Source: Nitrospirota bacterium (GTDB taxonomy: Bacteria; Nitrospirota; UBA9217). From it: DNA of 64,000 nt. The stretch lies in the NCBI GenBank assembly GCA_035498715.1, contig DATJZV010000090.1, positions 3,173 to 67,172 of the forward strand, written 5' to 3'. The notes beneath the pieces are model-generated. The model did not search any database and was not told where the DNA came from. It worked only from the letters and a program-made list of their open reading frames with translations. The translations under genes were made by a program, and so were the position numbers. Every line of letters starts with the position of its first letter. Position 1 is the stretch's first letter. Below are positions 36,597 to 46,366 of this stretch, one piece after another.

Positions 36597-37928
36597 TCAC
36601 TCTTCTTTCAATATCCTCCACAAACTCGTTCTCGAAATGCCGAGCACTTCAGCCGCTTTGGACTTATTACCGCCGAACATATCGAGCACTTTTTCGGCAT
36701 ACTCCTTGTTCAATTGCTCAATGGTTTTGACCTCGTCCGGCTCAAGAGTCTCGATCTGGAACATCTTGATTGTCTGCGGCAGGCTATCGGGCGTGATGAG
36801 ATGACCCTTCTCAAGGATGATCGCTCGCTCGACGATGTTCTCGAGTTCGCGCACGTTCCCCGGATAGCTATAGTGCATAAGCACATCCATCGACTCTTTG
36901 GCGAAGCCTGTGATCTTCTTGCGGGAACTCGGGAGATGTTTCTCCAGAAAATATGCGCAGAGCGGCGGGATGTCTTCCCTGCGGTCGCGGAGCGGCGGGA
37001 TGAAGATCTCCATGATGTTCAACCGGTAGTACAGGTCTTCGCGGAATCTCCCCTCGGCAATGACGGATCGTACGTTCTGGTTCGTCGCAGCAATAAATCG
37101 AACATCGACCTTGATGGGCTTGGTCCCACCCACGCGGTAGAACTCCCCTTCCTCGATCACTTTCAGGAGCTTGGCCTGAAGGCTCGGGGCCATCTCGGCA
37201 ATCTCGTCAAGGAACAGTGTGCCTGTGTCCGCGATCTCCACGAGTCCCTGTTTGGTCTTGACGGCTCCAGTGAAAGCGCCTTTTTCGTGGCCGAAGAGCT
37301 CGCTTGCGAGAAGTTCTTCGGTGAGCGTGGCGCAGTTGATTGACAGGAACGGCATGGTCAGCCGCCTGCTTGTGAAGTGTATTATCTTAGCCAGGAGACT
37401 TTTGCCCACGCCTGTCTCTCCGGTCAGAAGCACATTGCAGTCTGTATCTTTCATCCCCTCGATGACGCCGAGGATGTTGTTCATGCTCTCACTTTTGGCG
37501 ATGATCGAAACCTTCCGGTCCAGACCCGCGAAAGCTTTGAGTGCGATGTTTTCCTTTTTCAGGCTCCTCTGCTCCCGGATCTTTCGCACCTTGAGGACGA
37601 GCTCATCGAGGTTAAAGGGTTTGGTGACGTAGTCGTAGGCCCCTTTCTTCATGGCATCCACGACCGAGTCGATGCTGCCGAAGCCGGTTATGATGATCAC
37701 CTCGGTCTCAATCTGCCTCACTTTTATCTTTTCGAGAAGTTCGATGCCTGTGAGACCCGGCATTTTAATGTCCGCGATCAAGAGATCAAAGTGATCGTTT
37801 TCGATCAGCTGGAGGGCGTCCTGTCCGTTCTGCGTTCCGATGGTCAGGTAACCTTCCTTCTGGAGAGCGTTGCTGAGGTGTTTTAGGGTTATTTCCTCGT
37901 CTTCAGCTATCAGTATTTTAAATGCCAT
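36597..37928 (-). CDS. Sigma-54-dependent response regulator (NtrC family: REC + AAA+ + Fis-type HTH)
   Basis: ORF 36597..38027, with the start at MAFKILIAEDE (37928) preferred. Walker A is GETGVGKS, the sigma-54 contact loop is GAFTGA, and the C-terminal HTH is AAEVLGISRTSLWRILK. Confidence 0.9.
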   Translation of the reverse strand: MAFKILIAEDEEITLKHLSNALQKEGYLTIGTQNGQDALQLIENDHFDLLIADIKMPGLTGIELLEKIKVRQIETEVIIITGFGSIDSVVDAMKKGAYDYVTKPFNLDELVLKVRKIREQRSLKKENIALKAFAGLDRKVSIIAKSESMNNILGVIEGMKDTDCNVLLTGETGVGKSLLAKIIHFTSRRLTMPFLSINCATLTEELLASELFGHEKGAFTGAVKTKQGLVEIADTGTLFLDEIAEMAPSLQAKLLKVIEEGEFYRVGGTKPIKVDVRFIAATNQNVRSVIAEGRFREDLYYRLNIMEIFIPPLRDRREDIPPLCAYFLEKHLPSSRKKITGFAKESMDVLMHYSYPGNVRELENIVERAIILEKGHLITPDSLPQTIKMFQIETLEPDEVKTIEQLNKEYAEKVLDMFGGNKSKAAEVLGISRTSLWRILKEE

Positions 37929-38069
37929 GCGTATCTTTCCTTTAATCGGACTATCTAGGATCGAAAATAATCGAGACCAGAGAGGCGCATAGTGCGCGAA
38001 GGGTTTAATCTCCGGACCGTATTCCATTGCGCTCTTCGCGACTTCACGTTAAATTACTGATTCAGGCTC

Positions 38070-39644
38070 TTATCTTCCAGTCGGCAGCGTCAGGGTAAAT
38101 GTCGTTCCTTTCCCCACTTCGCTTTCGACAGTGATATCGCCTTTGTGTTTCTTGATGATATTATACACGATTGCCAGCCCGAGGCCCGTTCCCTTGTCCT
38201 TGGTTGTGAAGAACGGCTCAAAGATCTTCTCTATCGATTCCTGCTGGATTCCTCTGCCCGAATCCGATACGGTGATGATGACCGATTGTTCACTGCTCCT
38301 TATCTTCACGAACAACTCGCCGATGCCCCCCATGGCGTCAACCGCGTTCGCGAACAGGTTGGCAAAGACCTGTTCTACCTGGCCTTGGTCCGCACGCACG
38401 GTGGCCTGCGAAGAGTCGATATTGAGTGAGAACCGGATTTTCTCAAGGTTCCTTGAACTGCCGAGATGTCGGTAAGAATCCATGATCAGGTCTTTCAGCT
38501 CTACCGCTCGAAACTGAGGCTCCCTCCCGCGGGCGAAATCCAGGAGATCGCTCACGATCCGCTTGACCCTCTCAGTCTGGCCGACGATGTCGTTTACTGC
38601 CTCTTTTACTTCGCGGGAACAGCCTTCGCCGGCCTCTTTGGTAAGCACCTGCGCAGAGAGATAGATGTTGTTTAACGGATTATTCAGCTCATGGGCAACA
38701 CCCGAAGCCAGGGTACCAATGGCAGCCAGCTTCTTGGTCTGCATCAGCTCCTTGTTCTTCCGCTCGATTTCCTCTTCATGAAGGGCAAGCTGGTCCTCCA
38801 TCTGATTGAACTTGTCGATCAGTACCCCAACTTCGTCATGAGCACTTCCTTGTGAGAGTGGAACGGGCAGATGGGGATATGAGCCCTTTCCTGTTTTTTC
38901 AACCACGTTGATAAGGAGCATCAGTCTCCTCACCACGTTCGTGCTGATAAAGAAAAGCATCCCGATGCCGACTATGAAGAACAGCGGGAAGAAGATCAGA
39001 ATGGCCGCCTGCGAAACACGGATCACAGTCTCGGCGTTTTCCCGTGCGACCTTGTCAAGGTCCTTGGATATGACCATGATATCCTCGCCGGTCTTCCTAA
39101 GTGCGGTAATATCGGCATCAAGCTCCCGGAGCCCGGTAATAAGCGAGTGCCCTCGAGCAAGGAAGAACGCTTTTTCGAGAAAATCTGCGGATTGCGCCGG
39201 CCGCTCAAGAAAGGTCGCTTCCACGAGAGAGAAGAACTTTTCGTTTTTCCCGAAGGATGCCTTGGTCTTTTCGAAAATGCCAAGAAGTCGCTGTGCCGAT
39301 GATTCAATGGTGTTAAATCGTCGCTCGTATTCAGCGATGCTGCTGCGGAGCGCCAGTTTGTCCGCCTTATCAATGTCGGGGTTCTGCATCAGGAGGGTTT
39401 TAAGCTCGCCAAGATAGGCACGAACCGCAGCCGCCTCTACGTTCGCCTTCTGGTGGCTGTAGAGAAAATAATTTTTTTCATGTCTCCGGAGCTGGAGCGA
39501 CTTGCGGTTGATCGTGTCGGTTACCTCCAGATAGCGCACCTCTTTTTTGAGTTCGATAAAATTGATATATTCGAACGCTGCGAGGACAGCAATAATGACA
39601 GCGCTGATCAAGAAGCTAATAGCGATTTTTTTCTTTAGAGACAT
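38070..39644 (-). CDS. Sensor histidine kinase (helical sensor, HAMP, HisKA, HATPase_c)
   Basis: ORF 38070..39680, with the start at MSLKKK (39644) preferred. The H-box is [12 protein letters not shown], the HATPase motifs are DSGRGI and GTGLGLA, and the sensor domain carries [10 protein letters not shown]. Confidence 0.9.
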   Translation of the reverse strand: MSLKKKIAISFLISAVIIAVLAAFEYINFIELKKEVRYLEVTDTINRKSLQLRRHEKNYFLYSHQKANVEAAAVRAYLGELKTLLMQNPDIDKADKLALRSSIAEYERRFNTIESSAQRLLGIFEKTKASFGKNEKFFSLVEATFLERPAQSADFLEKAFFLARGHSLITGLRELDADITALRKTGEDIMVISKDLDKVARENAETVIRVSQAAILIFFPLFFIVGIGMLFFISTNVVRRLMLLINVVEKTGKGSYPHLPVPLSQGSAHDEVGVLIDKFNQMEDQLALHEEEIERKNKELMQTKKLAAIGTLASGVAHELNNPLNNIYLSAQVLTKEAGEGCSREVKEAVNDIVGQTERVKRIVSDLLDFARGREPQFRAVELKDLIMDSYRHLGSSRNLEKIRFSLNIDSSQATVRADQGQVEQVFANLFANAVDAMGGIGELFVKIRSSEQSVIITVSDSGRGIQQESIEKIFEPFFTTKDKGTGLGLAIVYNIIKKHKGDITVESEVGKGTTFTLTLPTGR

Positions 39645-39747
39645 GATCAATGATGACCTGCCGTAGAGACTCGGAAACACTGCGGATGAATATGTTTAAA
39701 CAACGCCTAACTTACTCTTTTCGATCTCCCGTTTATAATTCCTCGAT

Positions 39748-41097
39748 CTACCTCTCCTTCGCAATCCCCCACTTCTTTCGTTTCTCCCAGAGGGACTTGC
39801 GCGTAATCCCGAGCATATCCGCAAGATGCTGCTCGTTGCACTCGTTCTGATATCGTTGAATGAACGCCTTGGTGTAGTCCTCGATTGAGAGCCTTTTGTC
39901 AAATACCTGATGCTGGAACGGCTCTTCCGCCTTCATCCCCACGGGCAGGTGTTCTGGTTTAATGAGATCACTGTCGGAGATGAGAATAGCTCTTTCGATC
40001 ACGTTCTGGAGCTCGCGAACATTCCCCGCCCATCCGTAATTCATCATGATATCCATGGCCTCCGGAGAAACATCCTTGACCGGCTTGCCCATCTCATGTG
40101 AGTATTTCCCAAAATAGTGTCGCACGAGTGCCCCGATGTCTTCTTTACGCTCCCGGAGCGGCGGAATCTGCAAAGATATCACGTTAATGCGGTAATAGAG
40201 GTCTTCGCGGAACGTACTTTCTCTCACTGCCGCCCTCAGGTCCTTGTTAGTCGCGGTGATGAAGCGGATGTCGACCTTCGTACCCTTGGTGCTTCCCACA
40301 GGCCGGATCACCTGGTCCTCGATGACCCTGAGCAATTTTGCCTGGAGCGAGAGGCTCATGTCCCCGATTTCGTCAAGGAACACGGTGCCGCCCTCGGCTT
40401 CTTCGAGAATGCCCTTCTTTGTCGCAATAGCCCCGGTAAAGGCGCCTCGTACGTGGCCGAACAGCTCGGTCTCGAGCAGGTTCTCGGGGATCGCCGAGCA
40501 GTTGATCGGCACGAATGGCATCGCCCGGCGCGAACTGTTGTGATGGATGACGCGGGCAAAGAGCTCCTTCCCTGTCCCGGTTTCTCCGAGAAGAAGTACA
40601 TTGCTCTTGGTGTCCGCTATCTTTCTGACCTCATCGAGGATGCTCTTGAGCGACGCGCTTTCGCCGATGATGCTGCTGAAATCATAGTTCCTTCCAACCT
40701 CCCGTTTGAGGAGTATGTTCTCCGCCTGAAGGCTCTTCTGCAGAAGGGCATTCCTCACGATCTGCTTGATCTCCTCATGAATAATAGGCTTCATGATGTA
40801 ATCATAGGCCCCGGCCCTGAGCGCCTTCACCGAGGTATCGAGCGATGCGTAGGCCGTGACGATGATAAATATCTGGTCTGGGATCTGCTCGCGCACCCTG
40901 ACGAGCATCTCGATCCCGTCCATCCCCGGCAGGATGATGTCTGAGATAATCACATCATAAATGTTCGTTTCAAGCAGATTGAGGCCTTTTTCGGCGCAGT
41001 CCGCAGCATCGACAGCGAATCCCTCTTTCGTGAAGATCCGCTTGATGGATTCCCGCAGTGTCTCCTCGTCCTCAACAATCAAGATGGTCTTTGACAT
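39748..41097 (-). CDS. Sigma-54-dependent response regulator (NtrC family, CbrB-like)
   Basis: 449 aa. The REC domain starts ILIVEDEETL, with phospho-acceptor context VIISDIILPGMDG. Walker A is GETGTGKE, the sigma-54 loop is GAFTGA, and the HTH is LADMLGITRKSLWEKRKK. Confidence 0.9.
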   Translation of the reverse strand: MSKTILIVEDEETLRESIKRIFTKEGFAVDAADCAEKGLNLLETNIYDVIISDIILPGMDGIEMLVRVREQIPDQIFIIVTAYASLDTSVKALRAGAYDYIMKPIIHEEIKQIVRNALLQKSLQAENILLKREVGRNYDFSSIIGESASLKSILDEVRKIADTKSNVLLLGETGTGKELFARVIHHNSSRRAMPFVPINCSAIPENLLETELFGHVRGAFTGAIATKKGILEEAEGGTVFLDEIGDMSLSLQAKLLRVIEDQVIRPVGSTKGTKVDIRFITATNKDLRAAVRESTFREDLYYRINVISLQIPPLRERKEDIGALVRHYFGKYSHEMGKPVKDVSPEAMDIMMNYGWAGNVRELQNVIERAILISDSDLIKPEHLPVGMKAEEPFQHQVFDKRLSIEDYTKAFIQRYQNECNEQHLADMLGITRKSLWEKRKKWGIAKER

Positions 41098-41144
41098 AAT
41101 ATCTCGTTCAGTTCAGCGACATGTATCGCCGAGCAGCATGGTAA

Positions 41145-41224
41145 ATTGGAAATTGCAAAATACAAATCTAACATGTGATCCCGGCACAGCAGTGCCACGA
41201 CAATTAAAATTCAAAATTTCCAAT
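41145..41224. repeat. Inverted repeat ATTGGAAATT ... AATTTCCAAT enclosing a GGCAC-N4-GTGCC hairpin, in the kinase/regulator spacer
   Basis: The perfect 10-bp arms lie at 41145..41154 and 41215..41224. The internal palindrome lies at 41183..41196. Confidence 0.6.
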
Positions 41225-41243
41225 CCGCATTATGCGATCAGTC

Positions 41244-44189
41244 CTACGCATCTACAGGTATCTTAATAATGAACCGCGTTCCTTTTTCCTTTTCGGATTC
41301 AATCTCGATCGTGCCGCCGTGGTCCTTGATGATGCTGTAGCAGATGGAGAGACCCAGACCCGTGCCCTTCGTCGGCCCCTTGGTGCTGAAGAAGGGATCG
41401 AAGACCTTGTCCTTGACCTCCGCATCGATGCCCTGTCCCGTGTCCGCGAAGAGCATCTCCACATGGCCATTCGCTTGCTTGACCGATATTTCAAGTTTTC
41501 CGCCGTCCGGCATGGCGTCCCTGGCGTTCAGGATGAGATTGAGGAACACCTGCTGGATCTGGTCGGGATCGATTTTGAGCCGCGGCGTATCGTGTACATC
41601 CGTATGTACGTCGATCTTCTTGAAGTTCTTATCATACCGGACGAGGTTGAGCGTGCTCTCGAGGATGTCACGCAGGTTCGTCGGCATCTTCTGCCGGGGA
41701 TAGAGCCGGGCGAAATCGCCGAGACTCCGTACGATCCGTGCGATCCGGTGTACGTGCTCGTTGATGGTGGACAGGGACCCCTTCACGAACGGGGACATGT
41801 CTTCAGTGAGCAGCTCCTGCACGAGCGACGAGATCGAGGCGAGCGGGTTTCCAATCTCATGCGACACGCCCGCGGCAAGCCTGCCGACGCTCGCGTGCTT
41901 GGTAGCCCGGAAGAGCTCCTCCTCGATCTTTGTCTTTTCGGTTATGTCCTCGAGTACGAGCACAAATCCCTTCTGTGCGCCGGTGAGCCTGCTCAAGTGT
42001 CCCTTCAGCATGATCTGCGGCTCAAAGTTCCGCTTGCACGTGATCTCGCCCTCGCGCATGTCCGGCGTAAAGAGACGCGGCTCCAGACACGTAAGCAGGC
42101 CTGCGGCTTCGCCGTTGAGGGCATCCGATTTTTCAACGCCAGTGATCATCTCCATACCGCTATTCCAGTAGGTCACCCGCAAGGATTCGTCCAGCGTGGC
42201 CACACCGAGCGGCAGGCTCTCAATGATGTTCTCGCTGAATTCCTTGAGCATGGCGAGCTGGCGGTTCGCCTCGGCGAGCTCCTGTCGGGACAGCCGCAGG
42301 CTGCGCGAAATCTGTTGAATAGAGTTCGAAACGCGGACTGCTTCGTCGTGCGTCAGGACCGTTCGTTCCTGAAAGATGAGAGTGCTTATGGAAGGCCCGA
42401 GAGCGCCCGAAAGTATCCGCTCCGCCTCTTCCCGGAGCTTATGAAGCCACTCTTCTGACAGCGATTCCCGTTTCAATCCGTTGCTTTTCAGAAAATTCAC
42501 GATCTCCTCCCGGGCTTCGTTCAGACCGATGTACTGCGCGAGGATCGCCTCGATCTCGGAAACGTTCGCCAGCCGGTGGGTAGTCGAAAAATGAACCGGT
42601 GAGTATGAATCCACGAAGATGATGGCTTGTCGTGTCTCTTCATCCGACTGCTTCGTGAATAGCGAGATCCCCACGTAGAAGAGCAGGTTCAGGAACAAGC
42701 CCCAGAAGAGCGAGTGGCTCCAGCGATCAAGCCCCTGAAGGCCGAAGAGCGCCGTGGGGTTCAGGAGCGTCGAGTTGAAGATGGCCCCCATGAGTCCGCC
42801 GGTTTCGATAATGCCGGCACGCATGAGCGCGGGGATAAGCAGAGTGTAGATCCAGACGCTGAATCCCGCAATGATGCCCGCGATCGCACCTTTTTTGTTC
42901 CCGCCCTTCCAGTAGAGCCCAAGCAGGATGGACGGGGCGAAGACCGTGACCGCCTCAAACGATTTGAGGCCGATGTCCACGAGGCTGTAAAACTCTCCGA
43001 TGTAGATTGCGAAGATGTACCCGAGGAACACGCAGCCAAGTATGACAAAACGCTTGATGTTCAGCATCACCGCGTGAAAATTCTTGATCGCGGTCAGGTC
43101 CCAGAGCGTCGGCACGACGAAGCTGTTCATCACCATGGTGCTGAGGGCAAGTGATTCCACTATTATCATTGCGGTAGCCGCGGAAAACCCTCCGATGAAA
43201 ACTATGATCGTGAGTAGCGGGTGCCCGGAGTGCATCGGGATACTAAGGACAAAATAATCTGCCGCTGATTGCATGTCGTTACGTAGCAGACCGCCGTACG
43301 CGATGGGGAGAACGAAGATGTTGATCAGGAACAGATAGAGCGGGAACAGCCACATGGCCTTTTTGATGTGATCGGCCGAATAATTTTCGACCACCGCCAC
43401 GTGGAACTGGCGGGGCAGGAACATAATGGCCATCATGGAGAGGAATGTGAGCGACGTCCACTCCAGGAAGCTGACGCTGGAACCCGTCCCGATCTTCATG
43501 AGCGAAGCATGGGGCCCCTGCTGTATCCTGCTGAAGATGTCGTCGAAGCCGTTGAACAGCCCGTAGGTCACGAAGATCCCGACCGCGAGGAAGGCCACAA
43601 GCTTGATCGCCGACTCAAAGGCCACGGCGAAGACCAGGCCACCGTGCCTTTCCGACGCATCGAGCCGGCGCGCACCAAACATAATGGCGAAGACGCCGAG
43701 AAGAAGTGAGATAAACCAGCCTGCGAAATGGCTTTCTTCGGGCCTGCCCGAGAGCATGGAGAAAGCCGTCATGATAGCCTTTAACTGGAGCCCGAGATAC
43801 GGAGTAATGCCGATCACCGCTACAAGCGTCACCAGCACAGAAAGCGAGACTGATTTGCCATACCGTGACGCGACGAAGTCCGATATCGTGGTAATCCTGT
43901 TCTCCTTCGAGATATAGACGATCTTTCTGAGAACGATCCACCAGAGTGCGGCCATGAGCGTGGGGCCCACATAGATCGTCAGGAAGCTCAGGCCGGCGTT
44001 CGCGGCCTTCCCTACGCTGCCGTAGAACGTCCATGAAGTGCAGTATACTGCCAGGGACAGCGAATAGACATACGGGTTCGATACGAGGCTCCTCCCCTGC
44101 AGTTCTTTCCGCTCAGCGAAATAAGCCACGGAGAAAAGGAGGAGAAGATAGGAGAGTATGATGAGAAGTAATATCCAGGGAGAAAACAA
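41244..44189 (-). CDS. SSF(SLC5)-transporter-domain sensor histidine kinase (CbrA-like: SLC5 + PAS + HisKA + HATPase_c)
   Basis: 981 aa with a TTG start. About 13 N-terminal TM helices show sodium:solute-symporter character. A PAS region follows, then the H-box AGVSHEIGNPLA and HATPase motifs DTGQGI and GTGLGLS. Confidence 0.85.
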   Translation of the reverse strand: MFSPWILLLIILSYLLLLFSVAYFAERKELQGRSLVSNPYVYSLSLAVYCTSWTFYGSVGKAANAGLSFLTIYVGPTLMAALWWIVLRKIVYISKENRITTISDFVASRYGKSVSLSVLVTLVAVIGITPYLGLQLKAIMTAFSMLSGRPEESHFAGWFISLLLGVFAIMFGARRLDASERHGGLVFAVAFESAIKLVAFLAVGIFVTYGLFNGFDDIFSRIQQGPHASLMKIGTGSSVSFLEWTSLTFLSMMAIMFLPRQFHVAVVENYSADHIKKAMWLFPLYLFLINIFVLPIAYGGLLRNDMQSAADYFVLSIPMHSGHPLLTIIVFIGGFSAATAMIIVESLALSTMVMNSFVVPTLWDLTAIKNFHAVMLNIKRFVILGCVFLGYIFAIYIGEFYSLVDIGLKSFEAVTVFAPSILLGLYWKGGNKKGAIAGIIAGFSVWIYTLLIPALMRAGIIETGGLMGAIFNSTLLNPTALFGLQGLDRWSHSLFWGLFLNLLFYVGISLFTKQSDEETRQAIIFVDSYSPVHFSTTHRLANVSEIEAILAQYIGLNEAREEIVNFLKSNGLKRESLSEEWLHKLREEAERILSGALGPSISTLIFQERTVLTHDEAVRVSNSIQQISRSLRLSRQELAEANRQLAMLKEFSENIIESLPLGVATLDESLRVTYWNSGMEMITGVEKSDALNGEAAGLLTCLEPRLFTPDMREGEITCKRNFEPQIMLKGHLSRLTGAQKGFVLVLEDITEKTKIEEELFRATKHASVGRLAAGVSHEIGNPLASISSLVQELLTEDMSPFVKGSLSTINEHVHRIARIVRSLGDFARLYPRQKMPTNLRDILESTLNLVRYDKNFKKIDVHTDVHDTPRLKIDPDQIQQVFLNLILNARDAMPDGGKLEISVKQANGHVEMLFADTGQGIDAEVKDKVFDPFFSTKGPTKGTGLGLSICYSIIKDHGGTIEIESEKEKGTRFIIKIPVDA

Positions 44190-44366
44190 TTAGCCTCCGC
44201 CGTCCTCTTTCTCTGAAATGATCGAGGTTACAAAAATGAGGATGATGAAGACAAGCCATATGATGAACAGGGAGATTGCCAGACTGTCCCTGAATATGCT
44301 CATGAGCGGCCAGCTGAAAAACAAAAAGCCGAGGAGGAACAGAAATAACCAAATCTCTCTTTTCAT
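44190..44366 (-). CDS. 58-aa two-TM small membrane protein translationally coupled to the SSF-kinase gene (CbrX / SSF small-subunit-like)
   Basis: Below the ORF-track length cutoff. Hand translation gives MKREIWLFLFLLGFLFFSWPLMSIFRDSLAISLFIIWLVFIILIFVTSIISEKEDGGG. Its last codons GGC-GGA-GGC-TAA abut the TTG start of the kinase, so they also supply the kinase SD sequence. Confidence 0.6.
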   Translation of the reverse strand: MKREIWLFLFLLGFLFFSWPLMSIFRDSLAISLFIIWLVFIILIFVTSIISEKEDGGG

Positions 44367-44836
44367 ATTGCCGACCCGCCCTCCAGAATCGTAAACTTCC
44401 TGTCTGGGACATTTATAGTGCTGCTACCGAGGGTTACACCATGATGTGTAATTTCGTATCATATCACATTTCCCGTTCAAATTCCATATGAGAACATCGT
44501 TATCGTAACCAAGGGTAAGCAAGGGACTTTGCCGGTTGCACGACAAAACTCGCCATGAACAAATATTTTTTGCAACTTCATGTAGATGTGAGAAAATCAT
44601 AGCAAAGCCTATGCCTCGCGATGGACAAATAGTATGCAAAAAAGTATGTAGAAATTATGTTCATCAACCGAGCAAGCCTGCCACCCATATCTCCATCTCA
44701 AATTTCTCGAAGGTAGGCGATTCAACATGCAATGCATAAGCGCGCCACCTGAGGCTGGACACGTCATATAATATCGGCTATACTTTGTGAACAGCAGAAG
44801 GCTTATTCATATCGCGACAGATGGGAGCTGTTAAGC

Positions 44837-45433
44837 ATGGACATGACAGATTTACTAAAACAATTTCTGCTGAGCTTTATCCCGATCATGGTGGCGTTGG
44901 ACGCTCCGGGGACGCTCCCCCTCTACGTGGGCATGACCGAGGGCATGGAAAATCAGGAGCGGAAGAGGATCGTACGCCAGTCCATCATCACTGCCTTTCT
45001 GGTGACGGTGGGTTTTATCCTTGTGGGTCAGGCAATCTTCAATGCCCTCGGCATTCTGGTCGAGGATTTCATGATCGCCGGCGGTGTCGTGCTTTTGATC
45101 ATCGCCATTGCCGATGTGGTCCGAGCAGGGGAAAAAAAGCTGGAGCGAAGTCCGGAATTCGGCGTGGTGCCGCTCGGCACTCCACTCATCGCCGGGCCGG
45201 GAACGCTCACGACCGCTCTAGTCTTGGTCGGGACGAGCGGCTACCTTCCCGTCATCCTTTCCCTTGTCGCCAACCTGCTCATCACCTGGATCATATTCGC
45301 ACAGGCAGACCGGATTATCAAGTTTATCGGGCTGAGCGGCTCCCGCGCATTTGCCAAGGTCGCATCACTGATCCTGGCCGCCTTTGCGGTGAAAATGATC
45401 AGGAGCGGAATATTCAAGTTCATAGCAGGGTAA
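44837..45433 (+). CDS. MarC family (UPF0056) integral membrane protein
   Basis: 198 aa with six TM helices. The N-terminal FIPIMVALDAPGTLPLY pattern and GTPLIAGPGTLTT are typical of MarC/NAAT. Confidence 0.85.
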   Translation: MDMTDLLKQFLLSFIPIMVALDAPGTLPLYVGMTEGMENQERKRIVRQSIITAFLVTVGFILVGQAIFNALGILVEDFMIAGGVVLLIIAIADVVRAGEKKLERSPEFGVVPLGTPLIAGPGTLTTALVLVGTSGYLPVILSLVANLLITWIIFAQADRIIKFIGLSGSRAFAKVASLILAAFAVKMIRSGIFKFIAG

Positions 45434-45455
45434 CGGATACGGGCAGGAGGAGCAC

Positions 45456-45857
45456 ATGGTTTCGGAAATGCCGGAAGATAAAGGACCAACGCGCGGCCAC
45501 AACCGCCGGGTCCATATGGCGAACGAACGGACGTTCCTCGCCTGGATCAGAACCAGCGTCGCCGTTATGGCATTCGGTTTCGTGGTCGAGAAGTTCTCGC
45601 TCTTCGTGAAGCAGATGGCATATTATATAGGAAAAGAGGTCGCCCCGCCCGCCCCGGGATATTCTGCCGTAATAGGGATCCTTCTGGTCGGGCTCGGCAT
45701 GCTCATGGGGGTGCTCGCTTTTATCAGATATAAAAAGGTCGAGCGCCAGATCGATGAAGATACGTATACCCCTTCACCCATTTTGAGCGTGCTTCTCGCC
45801 ATATCGGTCATTGTGATCGGCATGTTCCTGCTCCTGTATCTTATCCACAGCATGTAG
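45456..45857 (+). CDS. DUF202 (YidH-like) inner-membrane protein
   Basis: 133 aa. The hallmark MANERTFLAWIRTSVA is followed by three hydrophobic helices. AGGAGGAG lies upstream. Confidence 0.85.
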   Translation: MVSEMPEDKGPTRGHNRRVHMANERTFLAWIRTSVAVMAFGFVVEKFSLFVKQMAYYIGKEVAPPAPGYSAVIGILLVGLGMLMGVLAFIRYKKVERQIDEDTYTPSPILSVLLAISVIVIGMFLLLYLIHSM

Positions 45858-46366
45858 AAAGATCGTGCAATGCGATGAGAAACTTTCTGCCGCCAGTACG
45901 CATCTGCCGTCCATCGGCCTTTTTCTTCCTCCTGCTCTTGGTTGCGACCTGTCATATGATGATCACCTTTGAAGATGACCGGGGGAGTATCAGCCCCCGA
46001 ATGTCCTCCGGAACAGGACGCTCGCGCCTCCTTTACCTTCTGGCAACTATCTGTTGGAGCCATTAGATATCTCAAGAGACCGCATTAAACAGCGGCTGTT
46101 GAACAAACTGACCTACCCCATGGCTAAAGCCAGGGGCTTTCTGCGGTGGCTTTGGTAATTGCTGATAACCTCGGGGAATGGGATATGGTTCCCCTCTCCT
46201 ACTTCCAGGACATCATGGTATCCAGACCATCCCTGGGCATCAACATGTTTGTTCTGACGACAAATCCCAACTCGAGTTTTAGCTCCTGATGACACTGCAA
46301 CAGGGGGAAAGAAGTTGTCTGCTTAAAACTTCTGGTCGGAGAAAAGATCCCGCGCAATAAGAAAGG

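Noticed and set aside
41183-41197. TGGCAC-TGCTG-TGCC on the minus strand between the SSF-kinase and its regulator, as a sigma-54 promoter
   Set aside because: - The GC of the -12 element is one nucleotide too close (GG-N9-GC instead of GG-N10-GC).
- The sequence is itself a GGCAC/GTGCC palindrome, so it is better explained as a hairpin.
44113-44412. 99-aa ORF-track entry overlapping the start of the SSF-kinase gene
   Set aside because: - The translation is rich in Arg, His and Pro, is not membrane-like, and overlaps the kinase start.
- A different frame in the same place gives a clean 58-aa two-TM peptide whose stop abuts the kinase start codon.
46113-46295. 60-aa minus-strand ORF ending ...SHRRKPLALAMG, considered as a transposase or TnpB remnant
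   Set aside because: - No catalytic or Zn-finger motifs are present.
- No terminal inverted repeats were recognised.
- There is no SD sequence.
- The similarity is only an impression from the C-terminal residues.
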